A stretch of DNA of 64,000 bases from Candidatus Magasanikiibacteriota bacterium (GTDB lineage: Bacteria; Patescibacteriota; Patescibacteriia; Magasanikbacterales; UBA922), in assembly GCA_021648085.1 (NCBI GenBank), contig JAKITS010000001.1, positions 324,948 through 388,947 on the forward strand, written 5' to 3'. The notes beneath the pieces were generated by a model. The model had not been told where the DNA came from, did not search any database, and saw only the letters and a program-made list of their open reading frames with translations. A program made the translations under genes and the position numbers. Each line of letters starts with the position of its first letter. Positions within the stretch are counted from its first letter, which is position 1. Below, piece by piece: positions 11,501 to 21,974 of this stretch.

Positions 11501-11888
11501 AAGATTCAAGAATTTTTCCCAAAACTTCTATCTGCTTTACATTTTCAGCAGATTTCATTTGTTGTGCCTCATAAAACTCCTCTCGAAATTTATAAGTGAC
11601 ATCTAATGCAAAACTATGAAATGTGTGGATTGAAACTTTATATGCAGAAATCCCAATAAAACCGCTCAAGCGATCTTTCATATTTTTTGATGCTGCATCT
11701 GTGAAAGTTAGGCAAAGTATATTTTCTGGATTTACATCAGCTTGCTTCAATATATTTGCCACACGCATACCGAGCAACTCTGTCTTTCCACTTCCTGGTC
11801 CAGCTATTACCATTACTGGTCCGTCTATTGTGTCCACAGCTTGCCTTTGTTCATTATTTAATTTTTTATACCTATCATTAAACTTCAT
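8565..11888 (-). CDS. UvrD/PcrA-family ATP-dependent DNA helicase with C-terminal PD-(D/E)xK-like nuclease domain
   Basis: Walker A AGPGSGKTELL at the N-terminus and UvrD-type motifs (VDEFQDTN, VGDDDQAIY). 1107 aa. C-terminal EVYDFKTGSYK resembles a RecB/Cas4-type nuclease motif. Confidence 0.85.
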   Translation of the reverse strand: MKFNDRYKKLNNEQRQAVDTIDGPVMVIAGPGSGKTELLGMRVANILKQADVNPENILCLTFTDAASKNMKDRLSGFIGISAYKVSIHTFHSFALDVTYKFREEFYEAQQMKSAENVKQIEVLGKILESLLFSDSFSTKRNGTFVYLNSIKNKISKLKKAGITPEEYQKIVKSNGDCFAKIEEILIPFFEPRVSKKIKEQIPTLISQIKQIDLPKLPIEHISLLDYKDILLRSLLNAYEQAIEENSTKPITKWKDNWIGRDKETKKKRLKDAYQLDRNISLGLVYEKYQKAMAKIGLVDFDDMILDLIRVLLKKPGLLAELQEKYQYILVDEFQDTNEAQMRIIHMLTENPVNEGKPNVMVVGDDDQAIYKFQGAEINNILQFREQYPETKLITLVKNYRSTPAIVDFAHRVISQGDDRLVDRLEEVEKKLESANPDIKEGVITAHTFDTAVHEYEYIANEIKYKIENGVSLDNISVIARNHRQLQEIAPFLFAKQIPIQYERQRNVLEEVHINQIICMARLVSSLAKDSIYYSQNFLSTILSFPFWGLDRSTIWKLSIEAYKKQKTDTRGRWIDVMLESENKELQKIANWFLDLASRAHIEPMGSLLDELIGPADEIKNKFTSSFRRFYFHKDKYNKNPSEYIQFLSSLNTFVSTVRSYTSDISAPKLFDLVSCVDIYEMHNLAITDTSPYIGGVSAITLLTAHKAKGLEFDTVFVLNCQNEVWAKSQSRDMIAFPKNLSIDPAGDTIDDYLRLFFVAITRAKSNLYVTSYKKKTNGRDSLRVPFLETSIFEGVEYKIEAKEIKSNILDTVNSLEKTSLPSFSPLSLDEKSVLKPILDKYILSVTHLNNFLNVMRGGPHEFFEQNLLRFPTSKTPFLSYGVAMHATVESIHNHISKNEIKPNIEEVQKYFKGHLERENMRENIFEKYLKKGNEVWKIYLNKYQDRISATSWIETNFRMQQVFVENVQITGKIDKIVPNEETREMEVYDFKTGSYKLSWKESLPDKKVQLHGYKRQIIFYKLLVEFSRDYSKYTVNRGYLEFLNPTKLDEIHCLPYDITSEDVERLKKLIVAVDKKIRNLDFPDISKYEKTLKGLEDFENDLICGKI

Positions 11889-11899
11889 ATTTTTTTATT

Positions 11900-12736
11900 T
11901 TATATTGTCAGCAATAGCAAAGCAATTCCAAAAAGTCCTAATCCTACAAATTTTATAGCCACATGCTTTTCCTTGAAATATACATTTCCAAAAATAATAG
12001 TCCACAAAATTCTTCCAGATCTTTTGATAGAAATTATAATAGACGGTGGTGCATAAAGGTAAGCAAAACTTTCCAAAACCGTACCAACCCCACTAGAAAC
12101 TGATTGCGAAAGAATTATTTTTTTCTTTAAAAATTTGATAGGATTTTCTCCTGCTATAAATTTGGCAGTCACCATAAAATATATTGCCAAAATACCAGTA
12201 AAAATCATTTGTTCGGCTTCCACACTATTGAAATTTGTAATATTATATTTGAATAAACTTATAGTTCCAACTGCTAAAACAGAAGTTAGTAAAACATACT
12301 TCACACCTCTCTTTCCTATCCCATGATTTAATGTTAGAAAAGCCAAGGCAAATAAAATTACAACAATACCTATAATATTTTGAAAACTAAGTGCATAACC
12401 AACAAAATAATCTACAATTAATAATAAGGGAATAGTAAGACTACTCAAAAATCCAAAAGTGCTACGAGATGCTAGCACAACACCTTTTAATCCAAAATGA
12501 ATTAGGAAAATCTCCAAAATTAGACGCAAACCAAAAGTAGGAATAGAAGCTGGATCAAATAATAATTCCTGTCTAACAAAAATTACCAAAATTAAAAAGA
12601 ATACGAAACTTGCCAACAAACTAAGCGATGCAAAAGTATAAGGACTTTCTTTTTTTTGTTCAATCTCGTGTTTTCCAATTGATACAGAAATTTCATGAAA
12701 AAATTCTGCAATCATTACTAATAAAGCTCCAAACAT
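11900..12736 (-). CDS. polytopic membrane protein (about 10 TM, DMT/EamA-like; unconfirmed)
   Basis: 278-aa ORF dominated by hydrophobic helices. Confidence 0.5.
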   Translation of the reverse strand: MFGALLVMIAEFFHEISVSIGKHEIEQKKESPYTFASLSLLASFVFFLILVIFVRQELLFDPASIPTFGLRLILEIFLIHFGLKGVVLASRSTFGFLSSLTIPLLLIVDYFVGYALSFQNIIGIVVILFALAFLTLNHGIGKRGVKYVLLTSVLAVGTISLFKYNITNFNSVEAEQMIFTGILAIYFMVTAKFIAGENPIKFLKKKIILSQSVSSGVGTVLESFAYLYAPPSIIISIKRSGRILWTIIFGNVYFKEKHVAIKFVGLGLFGIALLLLTI

Positions 12737-12826
12737 ATTTTTATAAGATTTACCAAACTATTTGATATATTTTAATCTAATTACTTTATATTCTAAACTA
12801 AAAAAGCTCTTTCTACAAATGCATAT

Positions 12827-12856
12827 TTGACTTCTTTCTTTTTTTATTGATATAAT
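12827..12856 (+). promoter_or_regulatory. sigma70-type promoter for the ncRNA (TTGACT - 18 nt - TATAAT with TG extension)
   Basis: TTGACT at 12827-12832 and TGATATAAT at 12848-12856. The GC-rich RNA begins about 7 nt downstream. Confidence 0.6.
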
Positions 12857-12862
12857 AAAATT

Positions 12863-13076
12863 ATCCGGTCAGTAGTGTGAACCGCGTCGAGTAGGTCCTC
12901 GGGGTAGGATTCGAAATATGACAAAGTTTTCCCCACACACTGCTGACTGGTTCTAGTTCTTTTCCTCTGCAGCCGCACGAGCTCTCACCAAGGTTTTCAC
13001 ACCACAGGTCTGCGTATTTTCGCTCCCGCCCAACAACCAGCCAAAAAACCTCACACACAGCTCGTGCGGTTTTTTT
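12863..13076 (+). ncRNA. unclassified structured ncRNA (about 213 nt, about 50% GC in a 30% GC background)
   Basis: Bounded by a near-consensus promoter and by a helix CCGCACGAGCT/AGCTCGTGCGG followed by T7. Internal long-range helix CCGGTCAGTAGTGTG/CACACACTGCTGACTGG with G-U wobbles. The internal ORF (12861-13058, minus) is judged spurious. Confidence 0.5.
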
Positions 13077-13177
13077 ATTTTATTGATCTAGCAAAAAGAT
13101 TGTAAACATTGATTTAATTTTACTAAAATGATACATTAAAAATAATAGCTCATTACAAAATTAAATAGGAGGAGAAA

Positions 13178-13606
13178 ATGACTAGACTAATAGACAATGT
13201 TTTCAAAGATTTTTATTATTACGAAATAGATCTATCTCCATTTTTTGGGTGCAGGGTTCCTAAAAAATTTTTATATTATGCTGAAAAACTTAAATATTCT
13301 TTTAAAGCTCCATACAAAATAGATGGAAATGAAGTAGAGTGTTTATTTTTTACAGACTTTAAAGATATAGAAAAAATTTGGCATCACAGCTTATTGAGAC
13401 TAATTCGAACTGCAAGATTTGTTATTGGAATTCCTTTGCAAACCAACCAAGGTTTGATATACAAAGGTGAGATTTTAGTCGCACAAACATATTTGCGTCC
13501 AGAAGATGCAAGTGGTAAAATTTCTTCACTTCCTTACAGATCTAGAAAATCGAAAAAAACTACAATGATTCTCCATCCTGTTTTTTACAATCCATCCTTT
13601 TTCTAA
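13178..13606 (+). CDS. hypothetical protein (142 aa)
   Basis: Strong RBS AGGAGG, own TTGTAA/TAAAAT promoter, and the terminator at 13608-13642. Confidence 0.55.
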   Translation: MTRLIDNVFKDFYYYEIDLSPFFGCRVPKKFLYYAEKLKYSFKAPYKIDGNEVECLFFTDFKDIEKIWHHSLLRLIRTARFVIGIPLQTNQGLIYKGEILVAQTYLRPEDASGKISSLPYRSRKSKKTTMILHPVFYNPSFF

Positions 13607-13607
13607 A

Positions 13608-13642
13608 TAAAAAGTCCCGCTTTACACGGGACTCTTTTTTAT
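13608..13642 (+). terminator. Rho-independent terminator (AGTCCCG-loop-CGGGACT plus T-run)
   Basis: Hairpin followed by CTTTTTTATTT directly after the stop of the 142-aa ORF. Confidence 0.7.
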
Positions 13643-13734
13643 TTACATTTGCAACAACTCTTGCATTCATTCTCACACTCTTTACAACTTTTATCAGTTG
13701 TAATCTCTGCTTTACAGCTCTTGCATTCTTTCAT
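13639..13734 (-). CDS. possible 31-aa Cys-rich micro-ORF (MKECKSCKAEITTDKSCKECENECKSCCKCK)
   Basis: Complete ATG...TAA ORF below the ORF-track size cutoff. 8 Cys in 31 aa. Contains two copies of the 11-nt repeat CTCTTGCATTC. No clear RBS. Confidence 0.25.
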   Translation of the reverse strand: MKECKSCKAEITTDKSCKECENECKSCCKCK

Positions 13735-13829
13735 AGCTTTGTATTAATAATTATCTTTTTTATTATAACCTATTTTTTGAAAATAAAAAACCACCCTTTT
13801 TAAAAGGTAGTTTTATTTTTAACTATTTT

Positions 13830-14732
13830 TTAAACTTTTTTCACTGTGAAATTCGTTTCATCTGTAAAAACTACATTGAAAATTGGCAAACCTTTTGCAA
13901 GATGTCCAACAGTTGTAAGTAATTGCCGAGTTCCAAGTTTCTCAACTTCAACTTTATAATCATCTACACTAACTTCAAAACCCACAAGTTCAGAAATATT
14001 CTGAGCCTCGTAAGTCCTCATAAAATTTGCAGCTTGTGGATGATTTACAAACATTTGTTCACCATCTACTTCTGGCACAACTACTGGAATCATGCTCTCT
14101 GAATTTATTTCAGTGTCTACTGTTAAAATATTTACAACAGCACCTTCCTGGTGCTCACCTTCCAAAACAACAAACTCCAAATAGTCGTTTCCAGACCAAA
14201 GCAATTCATAAAAAGATCTTACAACAGCCTGAACAAGCTCTTTACGAACTCCATATTCTTCTGGATTTTTCATCATCAATTTTATATGTCCACAACCAAC
14301 ATTGTCTGCCTGCATAAGTGCATTCAAAAGATTCTCACGCAAATTGGACACTGGGTTTTGTATCATTGAAATTATATCTGATAAACTCATATCCAAACTC
14401 ATACTTTTCATTAAATTCTCTATCGCATGAGTATCTGTATGCATATAAAATTTTCCAAAAATCTGACAATACTTTTCCATGATTTCTCTCATTTGAACAA
14501 TATCAATTGTGTTTCCAGAAACTTTTTCTGCAGTAGTCAAAGCTAGTACAAACTCACCGGCATTTCCACCAGGAGTTCCAACAATTCCAATTTCTCCACG
14601 ACCATCTACACAAGATTCAAATTGATCTGTCAAAAGACTGTTCATTTTCACAAACTGAAAATTTTCTACAATATGTTTTTCGATTTGCTTTGCTGTTAGC
14701 ACTTGCTTCTCCTGTTGTTGACTATTTGACAT
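13830..14732 (-). CDS. hypothetical protein with beta-carbonic-anhydrase-like metal-site motifs (C41-x-D43-x-R45, H98)
   Basis: 300-aa ORF 19 nt downstream of atpC. SCVDGRG matches CxDxR at the typical position and His98 aligns with the beta-CA HxxC position, although the Cys is replaced (HTDTH). Speculative. Confidence 0.5.
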   Translation of the reverse strand: MSNSQQQEKQVLTAKQIEKHIVENFQFVKMNSLLTDQFESCVDGRGEIGIVGTPGGNAGEFVLALTTAEKVSGNTIDIVQMREIMEKYCQIFGKFYMHTDTHAIENLMKSMSLDMSLSDIISMIQNPVSNLRENLLNALMQADNVGCGHIKLMMKNPEEYGVRKELVQAVVRSFYELLWSGNDYLEFVVLEGEHQEGAVVNILTVDTEINSESMIPVVVPEVDGEQMFVNHPQAANFMRTYEAQNISELVGFEVSVDDYKVEVEKLGTRQLLTTVGHLAKGLPIFNVVFTDETNFTVKKV

Positions 14733-14751
14733 ATGTTGAAAGGTTTTATAT

Positions 14752-15162
14752 TTATTTACGATATTTTTTAGATATTCTCAAACGGTTTGTCTCCCGTTCA
14801 ATAATAGCCTGTAGTCTCGCATAATCAACGTCACCTCTATTTTCAATTTGAGCCATTTGCTCTTCTGCTCTTCTTCTTGCTTCCTCAGCTCTTTCTAAAT
14901 CAATTTCTGCAACTCTTTCTATGTTGTCTGCTAAAATGATCAATTCGTTGTCGCCTCTAATTTCCAAAAATCCGCCAAAAACCGCAAAAGGATGTTCACC
15001 TTCTTTGTCTTTTATACGAAGTTCCCCAGCTTTCAAAACACCTACAAGCGGTATATGGTTTGGTAAAACTGTTATCTCTCCGGCAATTGTTGGGATTGTC
15101 ACCTGAAAAATTTCGTCTTCGTAAACTACTTTTTCTGGTGTAGCGATTTTAAATTTTAACAT
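14752..15162 (-). CDS. atpC: F-type ATP synthase subunit epsilon
   Basis: MLKFKIATPEKVVYEDEIFQVTIPTIAGEITVLPNHIPLVGVL is canonical epsilon. Last gene of the atp operon. Confidence 0.9.
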   Translation of the reverse strand: MLKFKIATPEKVVYEDEIFQVTIPTIAGEITVLPNHIPLVGVLKAGELRIKDKEGEHPFAVFGGFLEIRGDNELIILADNIERVAEIDLERAEEARRRAEEQMAQIENRGDVDYARLQAIIERETNRLRISKKYRK

Positions 15163-15164
15163 AA

Positions 15165-16544
<1,380 letters not shown>

Positions 16545-16713
16545 TTATTATTGAGACCTTTGGCAAATATAGCGCCGTTACGAAATCTTTAAATTTTGAG
16601 CGAGACGAAAAGAAAAAATCTTTGCCCAGCACATTAGCTGCGGAAATATTTTTTCTTGAAGTCATAGCTAAAATTTGGGGATTTTAGTAGGCGTTATATT
16701 TGTTAAAGGTTCT

Positions 16714-17640
16714 TTACTCTAATACTACTGCACCACCTGCAATTTCCGCAATTTCTTGCGTAATACTTGCCTGACGAGCTTTGTTAAAACTTAAATTTAA
16801 TTCTTTAATCATATCATCTGCTGCTTCATTTGCACTTTTCATTGCCATCATTCTAGAGCTGTGCTCACTTGCAGATGATTCTAACACTGCCTGATAAATC
16901 TGAACATCAACAAGTCTTGGTAATAAAATTTTTAAAACCTCTTCTCTGTTTGGTTCAAAAATATAATCGGTTAAATCATTTTTATTTTTACCAAAAGCTT
17001 CTGTTTTATCCGCACCGTCATCAGCTCCAAGTGCGTTTATAGTCTCTTCTAAATCTTTTTGTGAAATTGGCAAAAGCTGTCTCAAAACAGCAACTTGCGA
17101 TAGACTAGATTTGAAGTCTGTATAAGCTAAAATAACTTTATCATATTTTTCTGCTATAAAACTTTCTATAATCATCTTACTAATTGGAGAAATGTCTGAA
17201 AGTTTTGGAACATTTGATAATTCACTAAAACTAGCTATTAAATTATAGTTATTTTTCTTTGCAAAATCAGCTCCTTTTTTTCCAATTCCAATTACTTCTA
17301 CTGTTCCATTTCCCAACATTTTATCATCAGATAAAAGTTTAGTTGTTTTTTTAATAATATTCGAATTGAAACTTCCACAAAGTCCTCTGTTTGAGGTAAT
17401 TAAAACTACTAAAACTTTTTTTACTGGACGCTCTTGTAAAAGTGGGATACTACCTTTTACACTTTTAGACAAATTTACCAATAATTCCCACGCAAGCGTT
17501 GCATAAACTCTTGTATTCAAAGTAGCTTCAATAGCTTTACGCATTTTTGCTGCAGAAACCAATTCCATTGCTTTGGTAATTTTACCAATATTTCCAATAG
17601 AACGAAGCCTTCTTTTAATTATTTTAGTATTAACAGCCAT
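16714..17640 (-). CDS. atpG: F-type ATP synthase subunit gamma
   Basis: MAVNTKIIKRRLRSIGNIGKITKAMELVSAAKMRKA N-terminus and ITQEIAEIAGGA C-terminus. Confidence 0.9.
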   Translation of the reverse strand: MAVNTKIIKRRLRSIGNIGKITKAMELVSAAKMRKAIEATLNTRVYATLAWELLVNLSKSVKGSIPLLQERPVKKVLVVLITSNRGLCGSFNSNIIKKTTKLLSDDKMLGNGTVEVIGIGKKGADFAKKNNYNLIASFSELSNVPKLSDISPISKMIIESFIAEKYDKVILAYTDFKSSLSQVAVLRQLLPISQKDLEETINALGADDGADKTEAFGKNKNDLTDYIFEPNREEVLKILLPRLVDVQIYQAVLESSASEHSSRMMAMKSANEAADDMIKELNLSFNKARQASITQEIAEIAGGAVVLE

Positions 17641-17649
17641 ATTTAAGTA

Positions 17650-19137
17650 CTATTGTTTTTTACTTTCTTCAAGAGATTCTTTTAGACCATTCTCAACATC
17701 TTCGCTCCATTCACCTTTTGCAATTCTAGATAACAAATCTGATTTTATTTTTTTCATAAATTCATGAAGTTTTACTTCCAAAACTCCAACTTCACCTATC
17801 TCAACATCGTCAAAATAACCATTATTTACAGCATAAATAGATACGACTTGAAGCTCCACAGACAAAGGTGAATATTGCAATTGTTTCAACATTTCTGTAA
17901 CTCTCCTTCCTCTTTCAATTTGCTTTTTTGTTTCAGGATCCAAATCACTTGCAAATTGTGAGAAAGCTTCTAGTTCACGAAATTGTGCCAAGTCTAACTT
18001 CAACTTACCAGCAACTTTTTTCATTGGCTTTATTTGAGCTGAGCCACCAACACGAGAAACTGATAAACCAACATTTAAAGCTGGACGAACACCTTTGTAA
18101 AACAAGTCTGCCTCCAAGAAAATCTGTCCATCTGTGATAGAAATTACATTTGTTGGAATATATGCACTCACATCCCCTGCTTGAGTCTCAATAATAGGAA
18201 GTGCTGTAATAGAACCACCTCCATTTTCTTCATTCAAATTGCAAGCACGCTCCAAAAGACGGGAATGGAGATAAAACACATCTCCAGGATAAGCCTCACG
18301 ACCCGGTGGACGACGCATCAAAAGAGAAAGTTCGCGATAAGCCCAAGCTTGTTTTGTTAAGTCGTCAAATACAACTAAAACATCTTCACCTTTTTCAGAA
18401 AAATATTCTGCAATTGAAACTCCAGAATATGGAGCAAGATAAGACATTGGTGCTGGTTCTGACGCTCCAGCCAACACAATTGTTGTATATTCCATTGCCC
18501 CAGCCTCTTCTAATTGTGCCACAATGCGAGCAATTTTTGATTCTTTTTGACCGACAGCGACATAAATACATTTTACATTTTGACCTTTTTGGTTAATGAT
18601 TGTATCGATTGCAATGGCAGTCTTTCCAACCTGCCTATCGCCAATAATAAGTTCACGCTGACCTCTTCCAATTGGAATAAGTGCATCAACTGCCTTAATA
18701 CCTGTTTGAAGTGGTTTGTTTACAGGAGTTCTGGTCATTACTCCAGGAGCAACTCTTTCCAAAGGCATAAATTTGCCCACCTTCATATCCCCTTTTCCAT
18801 CTATTGGCTGTCCCAAAGCATTTACCACGCGACCTACTATTTCGTCTGAAACAGGCAGAGAAAGAATTTTTCCTGTTCTTTTTACAACATCACCTTCTTT
18901 GATGTCTTTATAATCTCCCAAAATAATCGCACCAACAGTTTCTTCTTCCAAGTTAAATGCCAAACCAATCACTCCACCTGGAAATTCTAACATTTCCTGT
19001 GCCTGACAATTTGTAAGACCACTCAACTTTGCAATTCCGTCTCCTGCTGTCAATACATTCCCAACCTCTTCAACTTGTACAGTTTGTTCAAAAGAAGCGA
19101 TTTGTTTTTTTAATTTTTCCACTACTATATTGCTCAT
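17650..19137 (-). CDS. atpA: F-type ATP synthase subunit alpha
   Basis: GDRQVGKT Walker A. 495 aa. Follows atpH. Confidence 0.95.
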   Translation of the reverse strand: MSNIVVEKLKKQIASFEQTVQVEEVGNVLTAGDGIAKLSGLTNCQAQEMLEFPGGVIGLAFNLEEETVGAIILGDYKDIKEGDVVKRTGKILSLPVSDEIVGRVVNALGQPIDGKGDMKVGKFMPLERVAPGVMTRTPVNKPLQTGIKAVDALIPIGRGQRELIIGDRQVGKTAIAIDTIINQKGQNVKCIYVAVGQKESKIARIVAQLEEAGAMEYTTIVLAGASEPAPMSYLAPYSGVSIAEYFSEKGEDVLVVFDDLTKQAWAYRELSLLMRRPPGREAYPGDVFYLHSRLLERACNLNEENGGGSITALPIIETQAGDVSAYIPTNVISITDGQIFLEADLFYKGVRPALNVGLSVSRVGGSAQIKPMKKVAGKLKLDLAQFRELEAFSQFASDLDPETKKQIERGRRVTEMLKQLQYSPLSVELQVVSIYAVNNGYFDDVEIGEVGVLEVKLHEFMKKIKSDLLSRIAKGEWSEDVENGLKESLEESKKQ

Positions 19138-19142
19138 AATAC

Positions 19143-19529
19143 TTAGATTAAACTTTCTTTCATTTTAGCTAATTGTGTTTTTATACTTGTATCAAATATT
19201 GTGTCTCCCAATTTTATTCTCAATCCTCCCAAAATTTCTTTGTCTTGTTTTTTTATTATTTCCACCTCTCCACCAAAATGCTCCTTTATTTCTTTTACCA
19301 CACTTTCTGAAACATCGAATGCAGAAGTGATTTCAATTTCTTTTATTCCTTTTTGTCTTTTTTCGTATTTTATGTATATTTCTATTATTTTGTCTATTTT
19401 TGATATTTTACCGTCTCGTGCTAGAAGTTCTATAAAACTTTTCAAAACATCCTCAAGTTCTTTTTCATTTACACCGCGTGTCACCTCATACAAAGCTCTG
19501 GCGTAATCTTTAATTAAAGCTTTTTTCAT
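19143..19529 (-). CDS. atpH: F-type ATP synthase subunit delta (short form)
   Basis: 128-aa ORF between atpF and atpA. OSCP-like helical N-terminus. Confidence 0.7.
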   Translation of the reverse strand: MKKALIKDYARALYEVTRGVNEKELEDVLKSFIELLARDGKISKIDKIIEIYIKYEKRQKGIKEIEITSAFDVSESVVKEIKEHFGGEVEIIKKQDKEILGGLRIKLGDTIFDTSIKTQLAKMKESLI

Positions 19530-19530
19530 A

Positions 19531-20112
19531 TTACTTTTTCAAATTTTTCAAAGCTTCTTCAATTATTTCTTTGTCTTTACTACTGTCCATCTTCTCTCTT
19601 ATAATTTTCTCTACTGCTAGCATTACAAGTTCTACAGAATTATTCTTTACACCCTCTATCATTGCATTCTTTTCTGCTTCTATTTTACTTTTTGCCTGTT
19701 TTACTAATTGTTCAATCTCCATTTTAGCATTATCTTTCATTTCTATAGCCATCTCTTCTGATTTTTTGTATGTATCTTCCAATACTTTATTTGCACTTAC
19801 TTTTGCTTCGTCTATTTTTTCTTGGTAAACTTGTTCGCTCATTTGAAGCTTAGTTTCAATTTCTTTTGCCTTATCCAAACTATCATCTATTATATTTTTT
19901 CGCTCTTCCATCTTTTTTATAAGAGGCTTTAGAATTAAAAACCACAAAATAACTGAAACAATTGCAAAGTTTAAAAATTGAAAAGCAAATAATTGAGTAT
20001 TTAAACCCAATGAGGCTGCGACGCTTTGATCTGCTGTATTTTCTACTGTTTGAGAAGTTTGTTCTGTAGCTGAATATGCTTCGGCAGTATTTTCTACTAA
20101 ATTTGTAGACAT
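19531..20112 (-). CDS. atpF: F-type ATP synthase subunit b
   Basis: Single N-terminal TM followed by a long charged helix. Sits in the operon. Confidence 0.8.
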   Translation of the reverse strand: MSTNLVENTAEAYSATEQTSQTVENTADQSVAASLGLNTQLFAFQFLNFAIVSVILWFLILKPLIKKMEERKNIIDDSLDKAKEIETKLQMSEQVYQEKIDEAKVSANKVLEDTYKKSEEMAIEMKDNAKMEIEQLVKQAKSKIEAEKNAMIEGVKNNSVELVMLAVEKIIREKMDSSKDKEIIEEALKNLKK

Positions 20113-20201
20113 AATAAAACGAAATTAAAGATTAAATAAATTATCGTTAGATAAACCAACTAAGAAGGACCTTTTTATAAAAAGATCCTCCATGAATTGA
20201 T

Positions 20202-20429
20202 TTACACTAAAGTAAAAACAACTACAAGTGCATAAATAGCAATCGCCTCTGCGAAAGCTGCGCCCAAAAGCATTGGTACAAATACCTTTCCTGCCGCTTC
20301 TGGATTGCGTCCAATAGCTTCCATAGCTTTTGCAACCAAACGACCGATTGCTAGTGCTGGAGCTATACCACCGATAGCAATTGTAAGTGCTTTTGCAATT
20401 ACCACTATTGATTGATGATCCATATACAT
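20202..20429 (-). CDS. atpE: F-type ATP synthase subunit c
   Basis: 75-aa two-helix proteolipid with conserved carboxylate ([15 protein letters not shown]). Confidence 0.9.
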   Translation of the reverse strand: MYMDHQSIVVIAKALTIAIGGIAPALAIGRLVAKAMEAIGRNPEAAGKVFVPMLLGAAFAEAIAIYALVVVFTLV

Positions 20430-20555
20430 AGATTTACATTAGAGCCGTTCGAGGGGAAATTGGTTTTTAACCTCGCGGCTAATGCTGAATAAAAAGCGTA
20501 AAAACGCCACACTAAGATAATTATCAAATTATTTTAGTGTGGAGCTTCTATTTAT

Positions 20556-21344
20556 TTAATGCTCCTCGCTACCGTGTGGCATCTCTGACGCAAGTGTAAG
20601 ATAAACCAAAGTTAACATTGCGAATACTGAAGCTTGAATTAACCCAACCAAAACTTCCAATAACATAAATGGAGTTGGGATAAAAGCTGCGGCAAGTGCG
20701 CTAATGACTGAAATTAGAACTTCTCCAGCAAATACATTTCCAAACAAACGCAATGATAAGGATAGAATTTTTGCAACCTCGCTAACAAGCTCCAAAACCC
20801 CAACACCAAACTCTATAAATGCTTGGAAAATTGCTATAGGGCCTTTTGTAAAACTTTTTAAAACATTTTTGATTTGGATAAACTTTCCAATATGTGTAAA
20901 AACTCCAATAGCCATAAAACCAAAAATGTGTGATGAGACAACAGAAACCAGCGCCATTGCGACAGTAAGATTTAAGTCTGTGTTTGCAGGACGCAACAAA
21001 AAATTGTGTCCAACTGTAATACTTCCAGTTCCAGGAATTAAACCAAGCCAGTTTGAAAGTAAAATAAAAAAGAAGATAGATCCAACAACAGGCAAAAACC
21101 TAATTGTTCTTTTTCTATCTCCAGTCACTTGATCAAAATAAGGTAAAAGTAATTCCAAAATATATTCACACGCATTTTGTAATTTGTCAGGTCTAAGCTT
21201 CAATTTTCTTCTCAATAATATTCCCAAAACCAAAAATATTATAATTGCAATCCAAGCATTTATCATTGTGTTTGTGATATTTATGCTTCCAACCTGAAAT
21301 AAAACTTCTGGTGCTAATGTAGGAATGTGGATTGATGCTGACAT
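20556..21344 (-). CDS. atpB: F-type ATP synthase subunit a
   Basis: 262 aa, polytopic, with conserved Arg in LSLRLFGN. Confidence 0.9.
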   Translation of the reverse strand: MSASIHIPTLAPEVLFQVGSINITNTMINAWIAIIIFLVLGILLRRKLKLRPDKLQNACEYILELLLPYFDQVTGDRKRTIRFLPVVGSIFFFILLSNWLGLIPGTGSITVGHNFLLRPANTDLNLTVAMALVSVVSSHIFGFMAIGVFTHIGKFIQIKNVLKSFTKGPIAIFQAFIEFGVGVLELVSEVAKILSLSLRLFGNVFAGEVLISVISALAAAFIPTPFMLLEVLVGLIQASVFAMLTLVYLTLASEMPHGSEEH

Positions 21345-21347
21345 ATT

Positions 21348-21629
21348 TTATTTTTTTTCAACTTCTTTATTTACCCCTTTTCCTTCTATCGCTAAATATT
21401 GTGCGTTGTATCTATGTGCTTTTCTGTAAATCATGAGTGCAGATAAAATAGCTGCAACCACAAAACCCAAAATTGTAAGCAGTGGTGCTAAATCAAACCT
21501 AGTGTCCAAAGTTTTTCCTATCCAAACAAACAAAATTACTGGTGCAAAAAGTGTTACGCCAAAATCTCCCGCAATCTTTAGTCCAAACATTGCATACTCA
21601 CGATCTCTTGAGTTTTCAAATAAACTCAT
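21348..21629 (-). CDS. AtpZ/AtpI-like small membrane protein at the head of the atp operon
   Basis: 93 aa, 2 TM, directly upstream of atpB. Confidence 0.55.
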   Translation of the reverse strand: MSLFENSRDREYAMFGLKIAGDFGVTLFAPVILFVWIGKTLDTRFDLAPLLTILGFVVAAILSALMIYRKAHRYNAQYLAIEGKGVNKEVEKK

Positions 21630-21788
21630 AATTGAATTTAATTTTTTATATACAAAACGATAATAGTTTACAAAATTTCAAGCCACAAGTCAAGGGTTTT
21701 TGTAAAGTTATATTTATAATCTTGACTTTTTAGCTATTTTGTGATAGTTTTGAGTCGTAGCTCATTTCAATTTGTATTAGGAGGAGAA

Positions 21789-21974
21789 ATGAAAAATAGT
21801 AGAAAAAGTTCTGATACTTTTGTTTTTATTGGTGTTTTTCTTTTTGTTTTATCTTTTGTTTTAATTATTTTTTCAAGTAGTTTTTTTGTAAAGCTAGTAG
21901 CATTTATGGGGGCAGTTTCTATGTTGATGGCTGTTTTTGTGGATCAACCAACCATAAAGAACTCAAGAAAATGA
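21789..21974 (+). CDS. hypothetical small membrane protein
   Basis: RBS GGAGGAG 6 nt before ATG at 21789 (in frame with ORF-track 21741..21974). Confidence 0.4.
   Translation: MKNSRKSSDTFVFIGVFLFVLSFVLIIFSSSFFVKLVAFMGAVSMLMAVFVDQPTIKNSRK

Noticed and set aside
12861-13058. 65-aa minus-strand ORF
   Set aside because: It lies within the GC-rich structured ncRNA (plus strand, with its own promoter and terminator). Its codon composition is atypical for this genome.
12863-13076. tmRNA or RNase P RNA identity for the GC-rich RNA
   Set aside because: Too short (about 210 nt). No tRNA-like acceptor/T-arm at the ends. No tag-peptide ORF ending in ..LAA. No GGAAAGUCCGG, AGGGUGAAA..GGUAAGAGC or ACAGAA conserved blocks.
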